DNA of 64,000 bases from an uncultured Gemmatimonadales bacterium (GCA_963779755.1 CAVZZO010000001.1:2144001-2208000); one strand, 5' to 3'; positions 22,554-32,564 are shown, counted from the first letter of the stretch. A program made the numbers and translations. The notes: a model not told the origin generated them from the letters alone.

Positions 22554-23258
22554 ATGTTCGCCGTCGATCACGCCGCCACCGCGCTGCTCCTCAAGCGGCG
22601 CTATCCGTCCGTCTCCATGATCCCGCTGCTGCTCGCGGTGCAGGCGATGGAGCTTGCCTGGGTGCTCCTCAACTTCATCGGCGTGGAGCGCACGACGACC
22701 GAGCCCGTCGTCCGGAGCGTTGCCGAGATCCACCTCGCCTACATGCCGTACTCGCATTCCGTCGCCACGGCGCTCGGCGCCGCCCTGCTGGCGTGGGTGG
22801 TCCTCGAGGTCGGGATGGGCCGCCCCACGATCGGCCGCGCGGTCGGGCTCGGGATCGCTTCGCACCTCGTGCTCGACCTGCTCACCCACGCGCACGACAT
22901 CGTGCTCTGGCCCGGGCACCCGTCGCCGCGACTCGGGCTCGGGCTGTACCACACGGCGCCCTTTGCCGCCTTTCTCCTGGAGCTGGGCTACGGTGTGGCC
23001 TGCTGGCGGGTCTACCGCGGCGGCCGCGGGCTGCTCGCCCTCGTCGTGCTCGGGAATCTGGCGAATCTCTCGCTGCTCTCCGCAACGATCCCCGGCCCCG
23101 AGATGCTCCTCGCCGGACGGCCGCTCATGGTCGTCGGGCTGGTCGCTGCCCAGATCGCCGTGACGCTGGTGCTTACCGGCGTGCTGGCCCGCCGGCCGGT
23201 AGCGATGGCGCCCGAGCGCGCCGTGGTCCCGGACGCCCGGAAGCCGGCCGGCGTCTGA
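22554..23258 (+). CDS. Multi-TM membrane protein, putative metal-dependent hydrolase-like
   Basis: About 6-7 TM helices; MFAVDH, PYSHS, SHLVLDLLTH His/Asp motifs; GGAGG RBS. Confidence 0.78.
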   Translation: MFAVDHAATALLLKRRYPSVSMIPLLLAVQAMELAWVLLNFIGVERTTTEPVVRSVAEIHLAYMPYSHSVATALGAALLAWVVLEVGMGRPTIGRAVGLGIASHLVLDLLTHAHDIVLWPGHPSPRLGLGLYHTAPFAAFLLELGYGVACWRVYRGGRGLLALVVLGNLANLSLLSATIPGPEMLLAGRPLMVVGLVAAQIAVTLVLTGVLARRPVAMAPERAVVPDARKPAGV

Positions 23259-23285
23259 TCCCGACAGCGCGTTGCAGGCGGTGCC

Positions 23286-23365
23286 ATGCTCCAGCGGAAG
23301 CCGTACTCCTCTCCGGAGCAGGCATCGCGGGGCCGACGCCGGCGTACGGCCTCGCCCGGCAGGAC
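23286..23365 (+). pseudogene. 5' remnant of an FAD-dependent monooxygenase/oxidoreductase
   Basis: Reads AVLLSGAGIAGPTPAYGLARQ (GxGxxG), out of frame with the ATG at 23286, and stops matching at the end of the convergent kinase gene. Confidence 0.6.
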
Positions 23366-23367
23366 AG

Positions 23368-24684
23368 CTACCTGCTTCCCGTACGCTCCACTGCCCCGAT
23401 CACCAGGTCCATGACGTTCGTTCCCGTGTAGCCGGTGCGCAGGAGCACCCCGGCGGCATCCAGGGCCGGATAGGCATCGTGCTGGTGGAGCGCGTGCTCC
23501 GGGTCGATGCCGGCTCGCGCGATGCGATCCCAGGTCGAATCGTCCACCACCGCGCCGGCCGCATCGGTCGGGCCGTCGCGTCCATCGGTGCCCGCCGCCA
23601 GCAGGGCCATGGCGGGGCCCGACGGCGCCAGCGCCAGGCTCCGCGCCGCCGCCAGGGCCAGCTCCTGGCACCGGCCGCCGGTGCCGCTGGATGCGCCCAG
23701 GCTCACGGTGGTCTCGCCCCCCCAGATCACGCAGCGTGCCGTAGCGCTTTCCCCCGCGCGCGCATCCAGCAGCCCGGCCGCGATGCGGGTCCCCGCCTGG
23801 GCGGCTTCCCCCCGGAGCGGCGTATCGACCACCCGCGCGCCGCATCCCGCGGTGCGGGCCTGCCGGGCCGCGGCCTCGCGCGCCATCGCGTTGTCGGCGA
23901 TGATCGTGGTGCGAACCTGCTGGAAGACCGGATCGCCCGGCTTGGGAGTCTCCGGCGCCTCGCCCCGCCGTACCCGGGCGAGGTAATCGAGGACCGGAAG
24001 CGGGAGCTGGTCGCGGAGCCCGCACGTTTCGATGAACACTTCGATTTCCTCGGCGGTCGAGGGGTCCGGTGCGCAGGGGCCCGAGCCGATGACGGCGGGA
24101 TCGTCTCCGATAACGTCCGACACGATGAAGACGCGCATGGCGGCGTGCGGCATCGCGGCCGCCAGGCGTCCCGCGCCCCAGCGGGAGAGCCGGCGCCGCA
24201 CCAGGTTCATCTGAGCGATGTCGAGCCCGGAGCCCAGCAGCGCGGTGGAGACCCGCCGCAGATCGTCGGGGCCCAGGCCGGCAACCGGTGTGCCCAGCAG
24301 GCTACTGGTCCCGCCGGAGAGCAGGACCCAGACGGTGTCGCCCGGCCGCACCCGGCTGGCCGCGGACTCGAGGGCGAGGGCGGCGGCGCGCGAGTGCTGG
24401 CCCGGGACGGGATGGTCGCCGAACGCCACCGGCAGGCCCGGATTGGGGGGCACCAGTTCGGGCACGGTGACCAGCAGGCCGCCGGCAGGCGACTGGCCGC
24501 GCTGCTCCAGCGTCCGCAGGGCGGCGCGCACCATGGCGGGAGCGGCCTTGCCCATGGCCAGTACATGCACCCGGGCGTCGGGTCCGGTGGGCTCGGCCTG
24601 CAGCGCCCGGGCCAGCGCGGGATCGGGATCCACCGCGGCCACCGCGGCGCGGTAGCACTCCTGCAGCAGGTAGATTAGGTCCAT
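23368..24684 (-). CDS. Glycerate 2-kinase (MOFRL/GckA type)
   Basis: AMGKAA..M, DHPVP, LLSGGTSSL, SDVIGDD...IGSGP, GGETTV, GGRCQE, GTDGRDG, TGTNVMD. Confidence 0.93.
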   Translation of the reverse strand: MDLIYLLQECYRAAVAAVDPDPALARALQAEPTGPDARVHVLAMGKAAPAMVRAALRTLEQRGQSPAGGLLVTVPELVPPNPGLPVAFGDHPVPGQHSRAAALALESAASRVRPGDTVWVLLSGGTSSLLGTPVAGLGPDDLRRVSTALLGSGLDIAQMNLVRRRLSRWGAGRLAAAMPHAAMRVFIVSDVIGDDPAVIGSGPCAPDPSTAEEIEVFIETCGLRDQLPLPVLDYLARVRRGEAPETPKPGDPVFQQVRTTIIADNAMAREAAARQARTAGCGARVVDTPLRGEAAQAGTRIAAGLLDARAGESATARCVIWGGETTVSLGASSGTGGRCQELALAAARSLALAPSGPAMALLAAGTDGRDGPTDAAGAVVDDSTWDRIARAGIDPEHALHQHDAYPALDAAGVLLRTGYTGTNVMDLVIGAVERTGSR

Positions 24685-25687
24685 GCCCCCTTCATCCTTA
24701 CCCAGGATCGTGGTGACCCGCCGGCTGCCCGACGCGGTCGAGGCCGCGCTGCAGCGCGATTTTGCCGTCCAGCTCAACCGGGACGATCATCCCTTCACCG
24801 CGCAGGAGCTGCGGCAGGCGCTGGCCGAGTGCGACGGTCTGCTCTGTACCGTCACCGACCGCATGGGCGCCGACGTGCTGGCGGGGCCGGTCCGAGCCCG
24901 GATTCTGGCCAACTTCGGTGTCGGGTTCAATCACATCGATCCGGCGGCTGCCCGGCGGCGGGGCCTGGTGGTGACCAATACGCCGGGCGTGCTCACCGAT
25001 GCCACGGCCGACCTGGCAATGCTGCTCATCCTCATGGTAGCGCGTCGGGCCGGCGAGGGCGAGCGGGATCTGCGTGCGGGACGCTGGCACGGGTGGGGTC
25101 CCACGCACCTCATGGGCACCATGGTGACGGGCAAGACGCTGGGGATCGTGGGCCTGGGCCGGATCGGACGTGCGCTGGCGCACCGTGCGCGCGCGGGATT
25201 CTCCATGTCCGTGTGTTCCTGGATGCCTCGGCCGCTGCTGCCCCCGGAGGCCGAAGCGCTGGGAGTCACCCAGTGCGGCACGCTCGACGAGCTGCTGGCC
25301 CGGAGCGACTTCGTTTCTCTCCATTGCCCGGCCAGTGGCGATACCCGCCATCTGATCGGCGCGGCGGAGCTGAGCCGCATGCGTCCCGGCGCATTTCTGG
25401 TCAATACCGCGCGGGGGGAAGTGGTGGACGAGGCGGCGCTGGCTGCGGCCCTGGGCGGGGGGCGCCTGGGCGGCGCCGGCCTTGATGTCTACGAGGAAGA
25501 GCCGCAGGTGTCCCCCGCGCTGCTTCAGCTGGAGAACGTGGTTCTGCTGCCGCATCTGGGCAGCGCCACCCTGGAGACGCGTACGGCGATGGGAATGAAG
25601 GCGGTCGCGAATCTCACGGCGTTTTTTGAGACCGGTGAGGGCCTTGATGTGGTCGGCGCTGCTCCGGATCCAGCCGGTGAGGTGTGA
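24683..25687 (+). CDS. D-2-hydroxyacid dehydrogenase (glyoxylate/hydroxypyruvate reductase type)
   Basis: GVGFNHID, NTPGVLT, GIVGLGRIG, NTARG, DVYEEEP, LPHLGSAT. Confidence 0.93.
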   Translation: MPPSSLPRIVVTRRLPDAVEAALQRDFAVQLNRDDHPFTAQELRQALAECDGLLCTVTDRMGADVLAGPVRARILANFGVGFNHIDPAAARRRGLVVTNTPGVLTDATADLAMLLILMVARRAGEGERDLRAGRWHGWGPTHLMGTMVTGKTLGIVGLGRIGRALAHRARAGFSMSVCSWMPRPLLPPEAEALGVTQCGTLDELLARSDFVSLHCPASGDTRHLIGAAELSRMRPGAFLVNTARGEVVDEAALAAALGGGRLGGAGLDVYEEEPQVSPALLQLENVVLLPHLGSATLETRTAMGMKAVANLTAFFETGEGLDVVGAAPDPAGEV

Positions 25688-25702
25688 GGCGTAGCCGACG
25701 CC

Positions 25703-26761
25703 TTACGCTTTCCGCTTCGCCTTCTTCTCCACCGCGGTTCTCAGTTGTCCGCATGCCGCGTCGATGTCCAGTCCGCGGCTGCGCCGCACCACCGCCTCCA
25801 CTCCCTGCGACTGCAGCCGCTCGGCAAAGGCGGCGATCCGGGCCGGGCTGGAGGCGATCAGCCCGTCTTCGCCTCCGGGATGCAGCGGCAGCAGGTTCAC
25901 CAGGGCGCCCGACTCGCGCGCCAGCCGGGCCAGCGCATCGGCGTCGCTGTCGCGGTCGTTGCGGCCGGCGATCAGCACGTACTCGAACGTGATGCGCTTG
26001 CGGAACGCCCGGGCCGCCCGCAGCACCGACGCCAGGTCGTATTTCTTCTCGATGGGCATGAGAGCCTGCCGCTCCTCCGGGAGCGCCGAATGCAGTGAGA
26101 TGGCGAGCCGGAACTGCTCCGGCCGCCGGGCCAGGGCTTCCATGCCGGGGATAATGCCCACGGTGCTGACGGTGATGTGCCGGGCGCCGATCCCGATCCC
26201 GTCCGGATCGTTCAGGATGGTCAGGGCGGCATCGACCGCGGGCCAGTTGAGCAGCGGCTCGCCCATGCCCATGAACACGATGTTGGTGGGGCGGGATGCA
26301 GGGTCTTCCAGCATGATCTCGCGCACCTGGCCGGCGATCTCGAACGGCGTCAGGTTGCGGCGGTAGCCCATGCGGCCGGTGGCGCAGAAGACGCAGCCCA
26401 GGGCGCAGCCCGACTGGCTGGAGATGCAGAGTGTGCGCCGGCTTCCGCTCGGAATCAGCACCGACTCGATCGCTTCGTCGTCGCCAAGACGCCAGAGGTA
26501 TTTCCGGGTGCCGTCGCTGGAATCCTGCCGCACTTCCCGCGTCAGGCGGGGCAGGGGGAGGTCGCGCTCCAGGCCCTCGCGCAGCGGCACCGGGAGCTCG
26601 CTGGCGTCCGCCCAGCCGGCCACCGGCCGCTGCCACAGCCGGGGCAGCATCTGCCGCGCCCGGTAGGCGGGCAGGCCATGTGCCTGCGCCCACTCCTCCA
26701 GGCGCTCGCGGGCCTGTGCGGGGGTGCAGTCGAGCAGGGTCGGGGTCAGGGCCGTCGTCAT
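25703..26761 (-). CDS. rlmN: Dual-specificity RNA methyltransferase RlmN (radical SAM)
   Basis: CISSQSGCALGCVFCATG, FMGMGEP, ITFEYVL, DIDAACGQL. Confidence 0.96.
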   Translation of the reverse strand: MTTALTPTLLDCTPAQARERLEEWAQAHGLPAYRARQMLPRLWQRPVAGWADASELPVPLREGLERDLPLPRLTREVRQDSSDGTRKYLWRLGDDEAIESVLIPSGSRRTLCISSQSGCALGCVFCATGRMGYRRNLTPFEIAGQVREIMLEDPASRPTNIVFMGMGEPLLNWPAVDAALTILNDPDGIGIGARHITVSTVGIIPGMEALARRPEQFRLAISLHSALPEERQALMPIEKKYDLASVLRAARAFRKRITFEYVLIAGRNDRDSDADALARLARESGALVNLLPLHPGGEDGLIASSPARIAAFAERLQSQGVEAVVRRSRGLDIDAACGQLRTAVEKKAKRKA

Positions 26762-26880
26762 GACCGGAAAGATAGCGTCGCGGCTGCCCGGGGGCCTGCC
26801 CTAACTTTCGCAACCGCAATTGCTTGAAGTCCTGCGGGCGAAGGTTACGTTTCCGCCATGCCGTTGCCAGCCGGGGCCGA

Positions 26881-27336
26881 GTGCTGCTGAGCGAGCTGCT
26901 CACGCCGGACCGGGTGCGTCTGCCGCTCGCCGCGGAGGACAAGCCCGGGGTGTTGCGCGAGCTGACCGCCCTGCTGGTGGAGCAGTCGGGCGGCAGTTAC
27001 GACGAGGTGCTGCGCGCCATCTGCGACCGCGAGCGGGTGCTCAGTACCGGCATTGGATTCGGCGTGGCCATCCCCCACGGGCGGTCTCCCGCGATGCCGG
27101 AGGTCGGGCTGGTCGCGGGCCTCAGCTCCACACCTATCCCCTTCGATGCGCTGGACGGCGAGCCGGTGCGCATCCTGTTCCTGCTGGCGGGGCCCGAATC
27201 ATCCGCCGGACTGCACGTGAAGATCCTGAGCCGCATCGCGCGGCTGGTGCGGCGGGAAGACGTCCGGACCGGCCTGCTGCAGTCGCGGTCCCCCGAAGAC
27301 TTCCACGCGACCATCGTCGCGGCCGAAAACTGGTAA
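26881..27336 (+). CDS. PTS IIA (Ntr/fructose-type) domain protein
   Basis: RERVLSTGIGFGVAIPHGR phospho-His motif, FDALDGEPV. Confidence 0.9.
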   Translation: MLLSELLTPDRVRLPLAAEDKPGVLRELTALLVEQSGGSYDEVLRAICDRERVLSTGIGFGVAIPHGRSPAMPEVGLVAGLSSTPIPFDALDGEPVRILFLLAGPESSAGLHVKILSRIARLVRREDVRTGLLQSRSPEDFHATIVAAENW

Positions 27337-27337
27337 G

Positions 27338-29101
27338 ATGAGCCCCACGTCCCTGCGTACCCACTATTGCGGCGATCTGCGCCGCGATCAGGCCGGCACC
27401 CCGGTGCGCCTCGGCGGCTGGATCCACCGCGTCCGTGATCTGGGCGGATTGCTGTTCATGGACCTGCGCGACCGCACCGGCCTGGTGCAGCTCTCGTTCG
27501 ATCCCAAATGGACGCCGGCCAAGGTGCTGCGCCGCGGGGCCGAGGCCGGGGTGGAATCGGTGGCGGTGGTGGAAGGCACGGTGGAGCTGCGGCCGGAGCA
27601 GGCGCGCGACAGCCAGCTCGCCACCCGCGAAGTCGAAGTGCGGGTGACCGGCTTCCAGGTGGTGGGCCCGGCGGTCACGCCGGCCATCCCGGTGGGGCGG
27701 AAAGAAGGCGAGGACCTGCCGGCGGAAGAGTTGCGGCTGAAACACCGGGTGCTCGATCTGCGGCGGCCCGAGTTGCAGCACAACATTATGCTGCGCCACC
27801 GCCTGGCGCAGCGGGCCCGCGCGACGCTGAGCGGCATGGGGTTTCTCGAAATCGAAACGCCCATCCTCACCAAACCGACGCCGGAGGGCGCCCGGGACTA
27901 TCTGGTGCCCAGCCGGATCCACCGCGGCGAGTTCTACGCCCTGCCGCAGTCGCCCCAGATCTACAAGCAGCTGCTGATGGTGGCCGGCTACGACCGCTAC
28001 TTCCAGATCGCCCGCTGCTTCCGGGACGAAGACCTGCGGGCCGACCGGCAGCCCGAGTTCACCCAGATCGACATCGAGGCCTCGTTCGTCACCGCCGGGG
28101 ACGTGCAGGACGTGGTGGAAACGGTATTACGGGACCTCTGGGATGAAGGGGGCGCCGGGGTCCCACCGCCCTTCCCGAGGCTCACCTGGCGCGAAGCCAT
28201 GGAGCGCTTCGGGGTGGACAAGCCGGATCTGCGCTATACCCTGGAGATCCGGGATCTGAGCGCCCTGCTGGGCGAGGACAGCGCCCCGTTCCTGGGGCCG
28301 GTGCGGGCCGGCGAGGCGCGGCTGCGGGGGCTGCTGGTTCCCGGTGGGGCGACCCTGACCCGCAAGGACCTGGATGGCCTGACGGCGCTGGCGCGCGGGG
28401 CCGGCGCGGGGGGGCTCATCTGGGCCCGGCGGGCGGAGCAGTGGGAAGGGCAGGGAGTGAAGGCGGTGGGCTCGGGGCTGCTGGAGCGGTTGGGCGGCAC
28501 CCCGGGCGACCTGCTGCTGGCCGTTATGGGGGCCGATCCGGTGACCTCCCCCGCGCTCCATGCCATCCGGACTGCCGTGATCCGGCGCATGGCTGTGCCG
28601 CCGCAAATGGAGCATGCCTTCTGCTGGGTGGTGGATTTCCCCCTCTTCGAGCACGACCCGGAAAGCGGGGAATGGGTGCCGGCGCACCATCCGTTCACCG
28701 CGCCGCACCCGGAGGATGTTCCGCTGCTGCAGACGGCCCGGGAGCGCTGCCGGGCGCTGCACTATGACGCGGTTTACAACGGCAACGAGCTGGGGAGCGG
28801 CTCGATTCGTATCACCGATCCGGCGGTGCAACGCATGATTTTCGAGATGCTGGGTCTCGCAGAGGAAGACATCCGGCGGCGATTCGGATTCCTGCTGGAC
28901 GGGTTGGCGGCAGGCGCGCCGCCCCACGGCGGGTTTGCCATCGGCTTCGACCGGGTGGTCATGCTGCTGGCGGGGGCGGGGTCGCTGCGCGACGTGATCG
29001 CCTTTCCCAAGACCACGGCGGCGCGGGCGCTCTTCGAAGGGGCACCGACGCCGGTGAATCCCAGGGACCTGGCTGCCTTGCACCTGGAGGTCACGGAATG
29101 A
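27338..29101 (+). CDS. aspS: Aspartate--tRNA ligase
   Basis: RTHYCG, RDLGGLLFMDLRD, TPEGARDYLVP, LPQSPQ, FRDEDLRADRQPEF, PPHGG.A.G.DR. Confidence 0.97.
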   Translation: MSPTSLRTHYCGDLRRDQAGTPVRLGGWIHRVRDLGGLLFMDLRDRTGLVQLSFDPKWTPAKVLRRGAEAGVESVAVVEGTVELRPEQARDSQLATREVEVRVTGFQVVGPAVTPAIPVGRKEGEDLPAEELRLKHRVLDLRRPELQHNIMLRHRLAQRARATLSGMGFLEIETPILTKPTPEGARDYLVPSRIHRGEFYALPQSPQIYKQLLMVAGYDRYFQIARCFRDEDLRADRQPEFTQIDIEASFVTAGDVQDVVETVLRDLWDEGGAGVPPPFPRLTWREAMERFGVDKPDLRYTLEIRDLSALLGEDSAPFLGPVRAGEARLRGLLVPGGATLTRKDLDGLTALARGAGAGGLIWARRAEQWEGQGVKAVGSGLLERLGGTPGDLLLAVMGADPVTSPALHAIRTAVIRRMAVPPQMEHAFCWVVDFPLFEHDPESGEWVPAHHPFTAPHPEDVPLLQTARERCRALHYDAVYNGNELGSGSIRITDPAVQRMIFEMLGLAEEDIRRRFGFLLDGLAAGAPPHGGFAIGFDRVVMLLAGAGSLRDVIAFPKTTAARALFEGAPTPVNPRDLAALHLEVTE

Positions 29102-29103
29102 CC

Positions 29104-29490
29104 GGAGTCCACAGATTACGCCGATTGGCCCCCGGTATGACCGGGACGGCGTGGGGCTTTGCCGGATGCGCCTTCTGTGTGGAATCCACAGATTACGCCG
29201 ATTGGCCCCCGGTATGACCGGGACCGCGTGGGGCTTTGCCGGATGCGCCTTCTGTGTGGAATCCACAGATTACGCCGATTGGCCCCTGGTATGACCGGGA
29301 CTGGGTGGGGCTCTGCCGGATGCGCCTTCTGTGTGGGAATCCACAGATTACGCCGATTGGCCCCCAGCATGACCGGGACTGCGTGGGCCTTTGCCGGGTG
29401 CGGGTGCGTGTACCCCGGGCCTGGTGCAGGGTTTTTCCTGAGAGAGTGCCCTTCGGTGTGACCGGTGCAATCTGTGTGATCGGTGGATCC
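29104..29490. repeat. Four tandem 77-78 bp units plus a distal inverted end (REP/MITE-like)
   Basis: Units start at 29104, 29181, 29258, 29336 (ggaatccacagattacgccgattggccccc...); 29469-29490 aatctgtgtgatcggtggatcc is an imperfect inverted copy of the unit head. Confidence 0.92.
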
Positions 29491-29521
29491 TGATGAGACC
29501 TTGGACCGTGCGGGCGGTTGC

Positions 29522-30472
29522 ATGAGCGACGAAACCACCCATCGCCTCTCCACCGAGGGGGCCGATCCGCTTCTGCTGGCGGGTGTGAACGACCAGAACA
29601 TCCAGGAGCTGGAGCGTGCCACCGGAGTCCGGGTGGTGCTGCGGGGCGATACCCTGTCGCTGGCCGGCAGCAGCGACCAGGTGGAGAAGGCCGCGCCGGT
29701 GGCGCAGGGTCTGGTGGACCTGGCCCGCATGGGAGAGCCGGTGACGCCCGAAGACGTCCTCCGGCTGGCGGGCGAGGCCCAGCCGGCGGACCTGGCGGCC
29801 GCCGGCGATCAGAAAATCGTCCTGCCCGGGATGCGCCGGGTCATCGTGCCCAAGACCACCGGCCAGCGGGAGTATCTCCAGGCGATCACCGGCAACGATA
29901 TTGTGGTGGGCATCGGCCCGGCCGGAACGGGCAAGACCTACCTGGCCGTAGCCAAGGCGGTGGAAGCGCTGGCGCGCCGGCGGGTCAAGCGGATCATCCT
30001 GGCCCGGCCGGCGGTGGAAGCGGGCGAATCGCTCGGTTTTCTCCCCGGCGACCTGCAGGCCAAGGTCGACCCTTACCTCCGGCCCCTGTACGATGCGCTG
30101 GAAGATATGATGCCGCATGACCGGGTGCAGCGGGCGCTGGAAAGCCGGACCATCGAGATCGCGCCGCTGGCCTACATGCGGGGCCGCACGTTGTCGGATG
30201 CATTCATTATCCTGGACGAGGCGCAGAACGCGACCGGGGCCCAGATGAAGATGTTCCTGACCCGGCTGGGGGTGAACAGCCGTACCGTGGTCACCGGCGA
30301 CAAGACCCAGATCGACCTGCCCCAGCGGGAAGACTCGGGGCTCATCCAGGTGGAGCGCATCCTGCCCGGCATCGACGGCATCGCCTTCTGCTACCTGGGC
30401 GAGAACGACGTCATCCGGCACCGGCTGGTGCGCGAGATCATCCGGGCCTATGCGGAGGACCAGAACGGCTGA
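29522..30472 (+). CDS. phoH: PhoH-family ATPase
   Basis: GPAGTGKTYLA, RPAVEAGE.LGFLPG, APLAYMRGRT, DEAQN, RHRLV. Confidence 0.96.
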   Translation: MSDETTHRLSTEGADPLLLAGVNDQNIQELERATGVRVVLRGDTLSLAGSSDQVEKAAPVAQGLVDLARMGEPVTPEDVLRLAGEAQPADLAAAGDQKIVLPGMRRVIVPKTTGQREYLQAITGNDIVVGIGPAGTGKTYLAVAKAVEALARRRVKRIILARPAVEAGESLGFLPGDLQAKVDPYLRPLYDALEDMMPHDRVQRALESRTIEIAPLAYMRGRTLSDAFIILDEAQNATGAQMKMFLTRLGVNSRTVVTGDKTQIDLPQREDSGLIQVERILPGIDGIAFCYLGENDVIRHRLVREIIRAYAEDQNG

Positions 30473-32151
30473 TGAACGGGACCTGGCTGGATTACCGGGA
30501 GGAGTCACTGGCCGGGCTGTCGGCAGGCCGGCGGGCCTGGTTCCATGCTTCGCGCTGGCTGCTGGTCCTGCTGGTGGCGGTGGCGGCGCGGCTGGCCTTC
30601 CCCACGACCGCCTCGCTCGACGTGCCGGTCTACGCCCAGGGCACGATGGCCGAGCGGGAGGTGGTCGCCCCCGTCACCTTTGCCGTGCCCGATTCCGCCG
30701 GCCAGGCCACGGCCGACGAGCCGCCGCACCTGGTTCGCGCCGGCGACCGGATCGTGTCGGCGGGCGAGGTGGTCTCCGAGGAGACCCATAACGAGCTGGC
30801 CGCCCTGCGGCACGAGCTGCTGCGCCGGGGGCCGGACCGGCGGCTGCTGCGGACCTTCGTGGGCCCGGTGCTGTTCAACGCGCTGGTTGTGGGCACCTTC
30901 TGGCTGATGCTGCTGCTCTACCGCTGGGAGACCTATCGGGAATACCGGGAGCTGGTGTTCCTCACCGGGTGCTTCATCGCGGTGGTGCTGGTGGCCTCGG
31001 CCGTGTCGCGCATCTTTCCCGACCGTCCCGAGCTGGTCCCGGTGCCGTTTGCCGCCATACTGATCACCATCCTCTACAACGGGCGTCTGGCGGTGGTGGC
31101 GGCAATGATGCTGGCCATTCTGCTGGGCAGCCAGTGGGCGCTGGAGAGCACCCATCTCCTGTTCATCGCGCTGGTCTCGGGCGTGGCGGCTGCGATCGGT
31201 ACCAGAGCCGTGCGGCGGCGCAAGCATCTCTACCGCAGCATCGGCACCATCACCGCGGCCTACGCCATTGCGGCCGCCACGCTGGGGCTGCTCTACGGCT
31301 GGTCTCCCTATGAGATCATGGCCAGCGTGGTCGCGGGCGCGGTGACCGCGCTGGGCAGCGCGTCGGTGGCCATGCTGCTGCTGCCGGTGGCCGAGGCGGT
31401 CACCCGGATCACCACCGATATCACCCTGCTCGAGCTGTCGGACCCGACCCGGCCGCTGCTGCGCCGGCTGGCCACCGAGGCGCCGGGGACCTATGCGCAC
31501 AGCATCGGCATGGCCAATCTGTGCGAGGCCGGTTGCGCCGCCATCGGGGCCAACGGCCTGCTGGCGCGGGTGGGCTGTTACTACCACGACATCGGCAAGG
31601 TGATGCGGCCGCAGTATTTTACCGAGAACCAGGTGTCGGGGTACAACCCGCACGACCGGCTCTCCGCCGACCGCTCGGCCCGCATTATCCGCGACCACGT
31701 AATCGATGGGCTGGAGCTGGCGCGGGAGGCGGGGCTGCCGGAGGCGGTCCGGGCGTTTATCGCCGAGCACCACGGCACCATGTACATGGATTATTTCCGC
31801 GACCGGGCCCGCCGCGAGGGATCGGCTTCCGAGAGCGAGAACTTCCGCTACCCGGGGCCCACGCCGCACACGGTCGAAACCGCCGTCGCCATGCTGGCCG
31901 ACTCCTCCGAGGCGGCGCTCCGGGTGCTGGGCGCGCCCTCGCCGGAGCGAATCCGCAGCGCCATCGAGTTCCTCTTCAACCAGAAGATCGAGGCGGGCCA
32001 GCTGCGCGAGGCGCCGCTCACCCTGCGGGACCTCGACCGGGTCAAGGAAGAGTTCATCCGCGTGCTCTCCAGCGTCTACCATACGCGCGTGGAGTATCCC
32101 GGATCCAGCGGCGGCATCGCGGCGCTGTTCCCCCGTGCCGGCGCCGGGTGA
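30472..32151 (+). CDS. 7TM-HD (HDIG) membrane phosphohydrolase, PgpH-like
   Basis: LLELSD..PLLRRL...APGTYAHS, YYHDIGK, HHGT, FRYPGP.P, MLADS.EAA. Confidence 0.9.
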   Translation: MNGTWLDYREESLAGLSAGRRAWFHASRWLLVLLVAVAARLAFPTTASLDVPVYAQGTMAEREVVAPVTFAVPDSAGQATADEPPHLVRAGDRIVSAGEVVSEETHNELAALRHELLRRGPDRRLLRTFVGPVLFNALVVGTFWLMLLLYRWETYREYRELVFLTGCFIAVVLVASAVSRIFPDRPELVPVPFAAILITILYNGRLAVVAAMMLAILLGSQWALESTHLLFIALVSGVAAAIGTRAVRRRKHLYRSIGTITAAYAIAAATLGLLYGWSPYEIMASVVAGAVTALGSASVAMLLLPVAEAVTRITTDITLLELSDPTRPLLRRLATEAPGTYAHSIGMANLCEAGCAAIGANGLLARVGCYYHDIGKVMRPQYFTENQVSGYNPHDRLSADRSARIIRDHVIDGLELAREAGLPEAVRAFIAEHHGTMYMDYFRDRARREGSASESENFRYPGPTPHTVETAVAMLADSSEAALRVLGAPSPERIRSAIEFLFNQKIEAGQLREAPLTLRDLDRVKEEFIRVLSSVYHTRVEYPGSSGGIAALFPRAGAG

Positions 32152-32563
32152 GGTTGTCGTCGGCGGCCGCCGGCCCGCGCTGCCGCCGCCGCTCGTCCGC
32201 CGGGTGGTGCGCGAAGTCCTGCGCCGGGAACGGCGGCAGGCGGACATTTCGGTCACCTTCCTCGGGCCGGTGCTGATGCGCCGGCTCAATGTCCGCTTCC
32301 TGCGGCGCGACCAGCCCACCGACGTGATCGCCTTCGCGCTTCCGCAACCGGGTGGGGTGCTGGCGGGCGACATCTACGTCTGCCGTGCGGTCGCGCTCCA
32401 GTCGGCGCGGCGCGCCGGCGTGCCGCTGCGGCAGGAGCTGATCCGGCTGGTGATCCACGGCACGCTGCACGTCCTGGGGTACGATCATCCCGAGGGCGCC
32501 GGGCCGCGGATGCAATCGCCCATGTGGCGGCGGCAGGAGCGGCTGGTGCGGGCGCTGGCCTGA
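32135..32563 (+). CDS. ybeY: rRNA maturation endoribonuclease YbeY
   Basis: PTDVIAF, GDIYVC, IHGTLHVLGYDH motif; start uncertain. Confidence 0.92.
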   Translation: MPAPGEVVVGGRRPALPPPLVRRVVREVLRRERRQADISVTFLGPVLMRRLNVRFLRRDQPTDVIAFALPQPGGVLAGDIYVCRAVALQSARRAGVPLRQELIRLVIHGTLHVLGYDHPEGAGPRMQSPMWRRQERLVRALA

Positions 32564-32564
32564 G

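Noticed and set aside
29104..29401. Possible CRISPR array
   Set aside because: Whole units are near-identical, so there are no unique spacers; no cas genes.
29116..29730. Repeat-encoded ORFs on both strands
   Set aside because: The 77-bp period is not a multiple of 3 and the peptides are just frame-cycling translations of the repeat.
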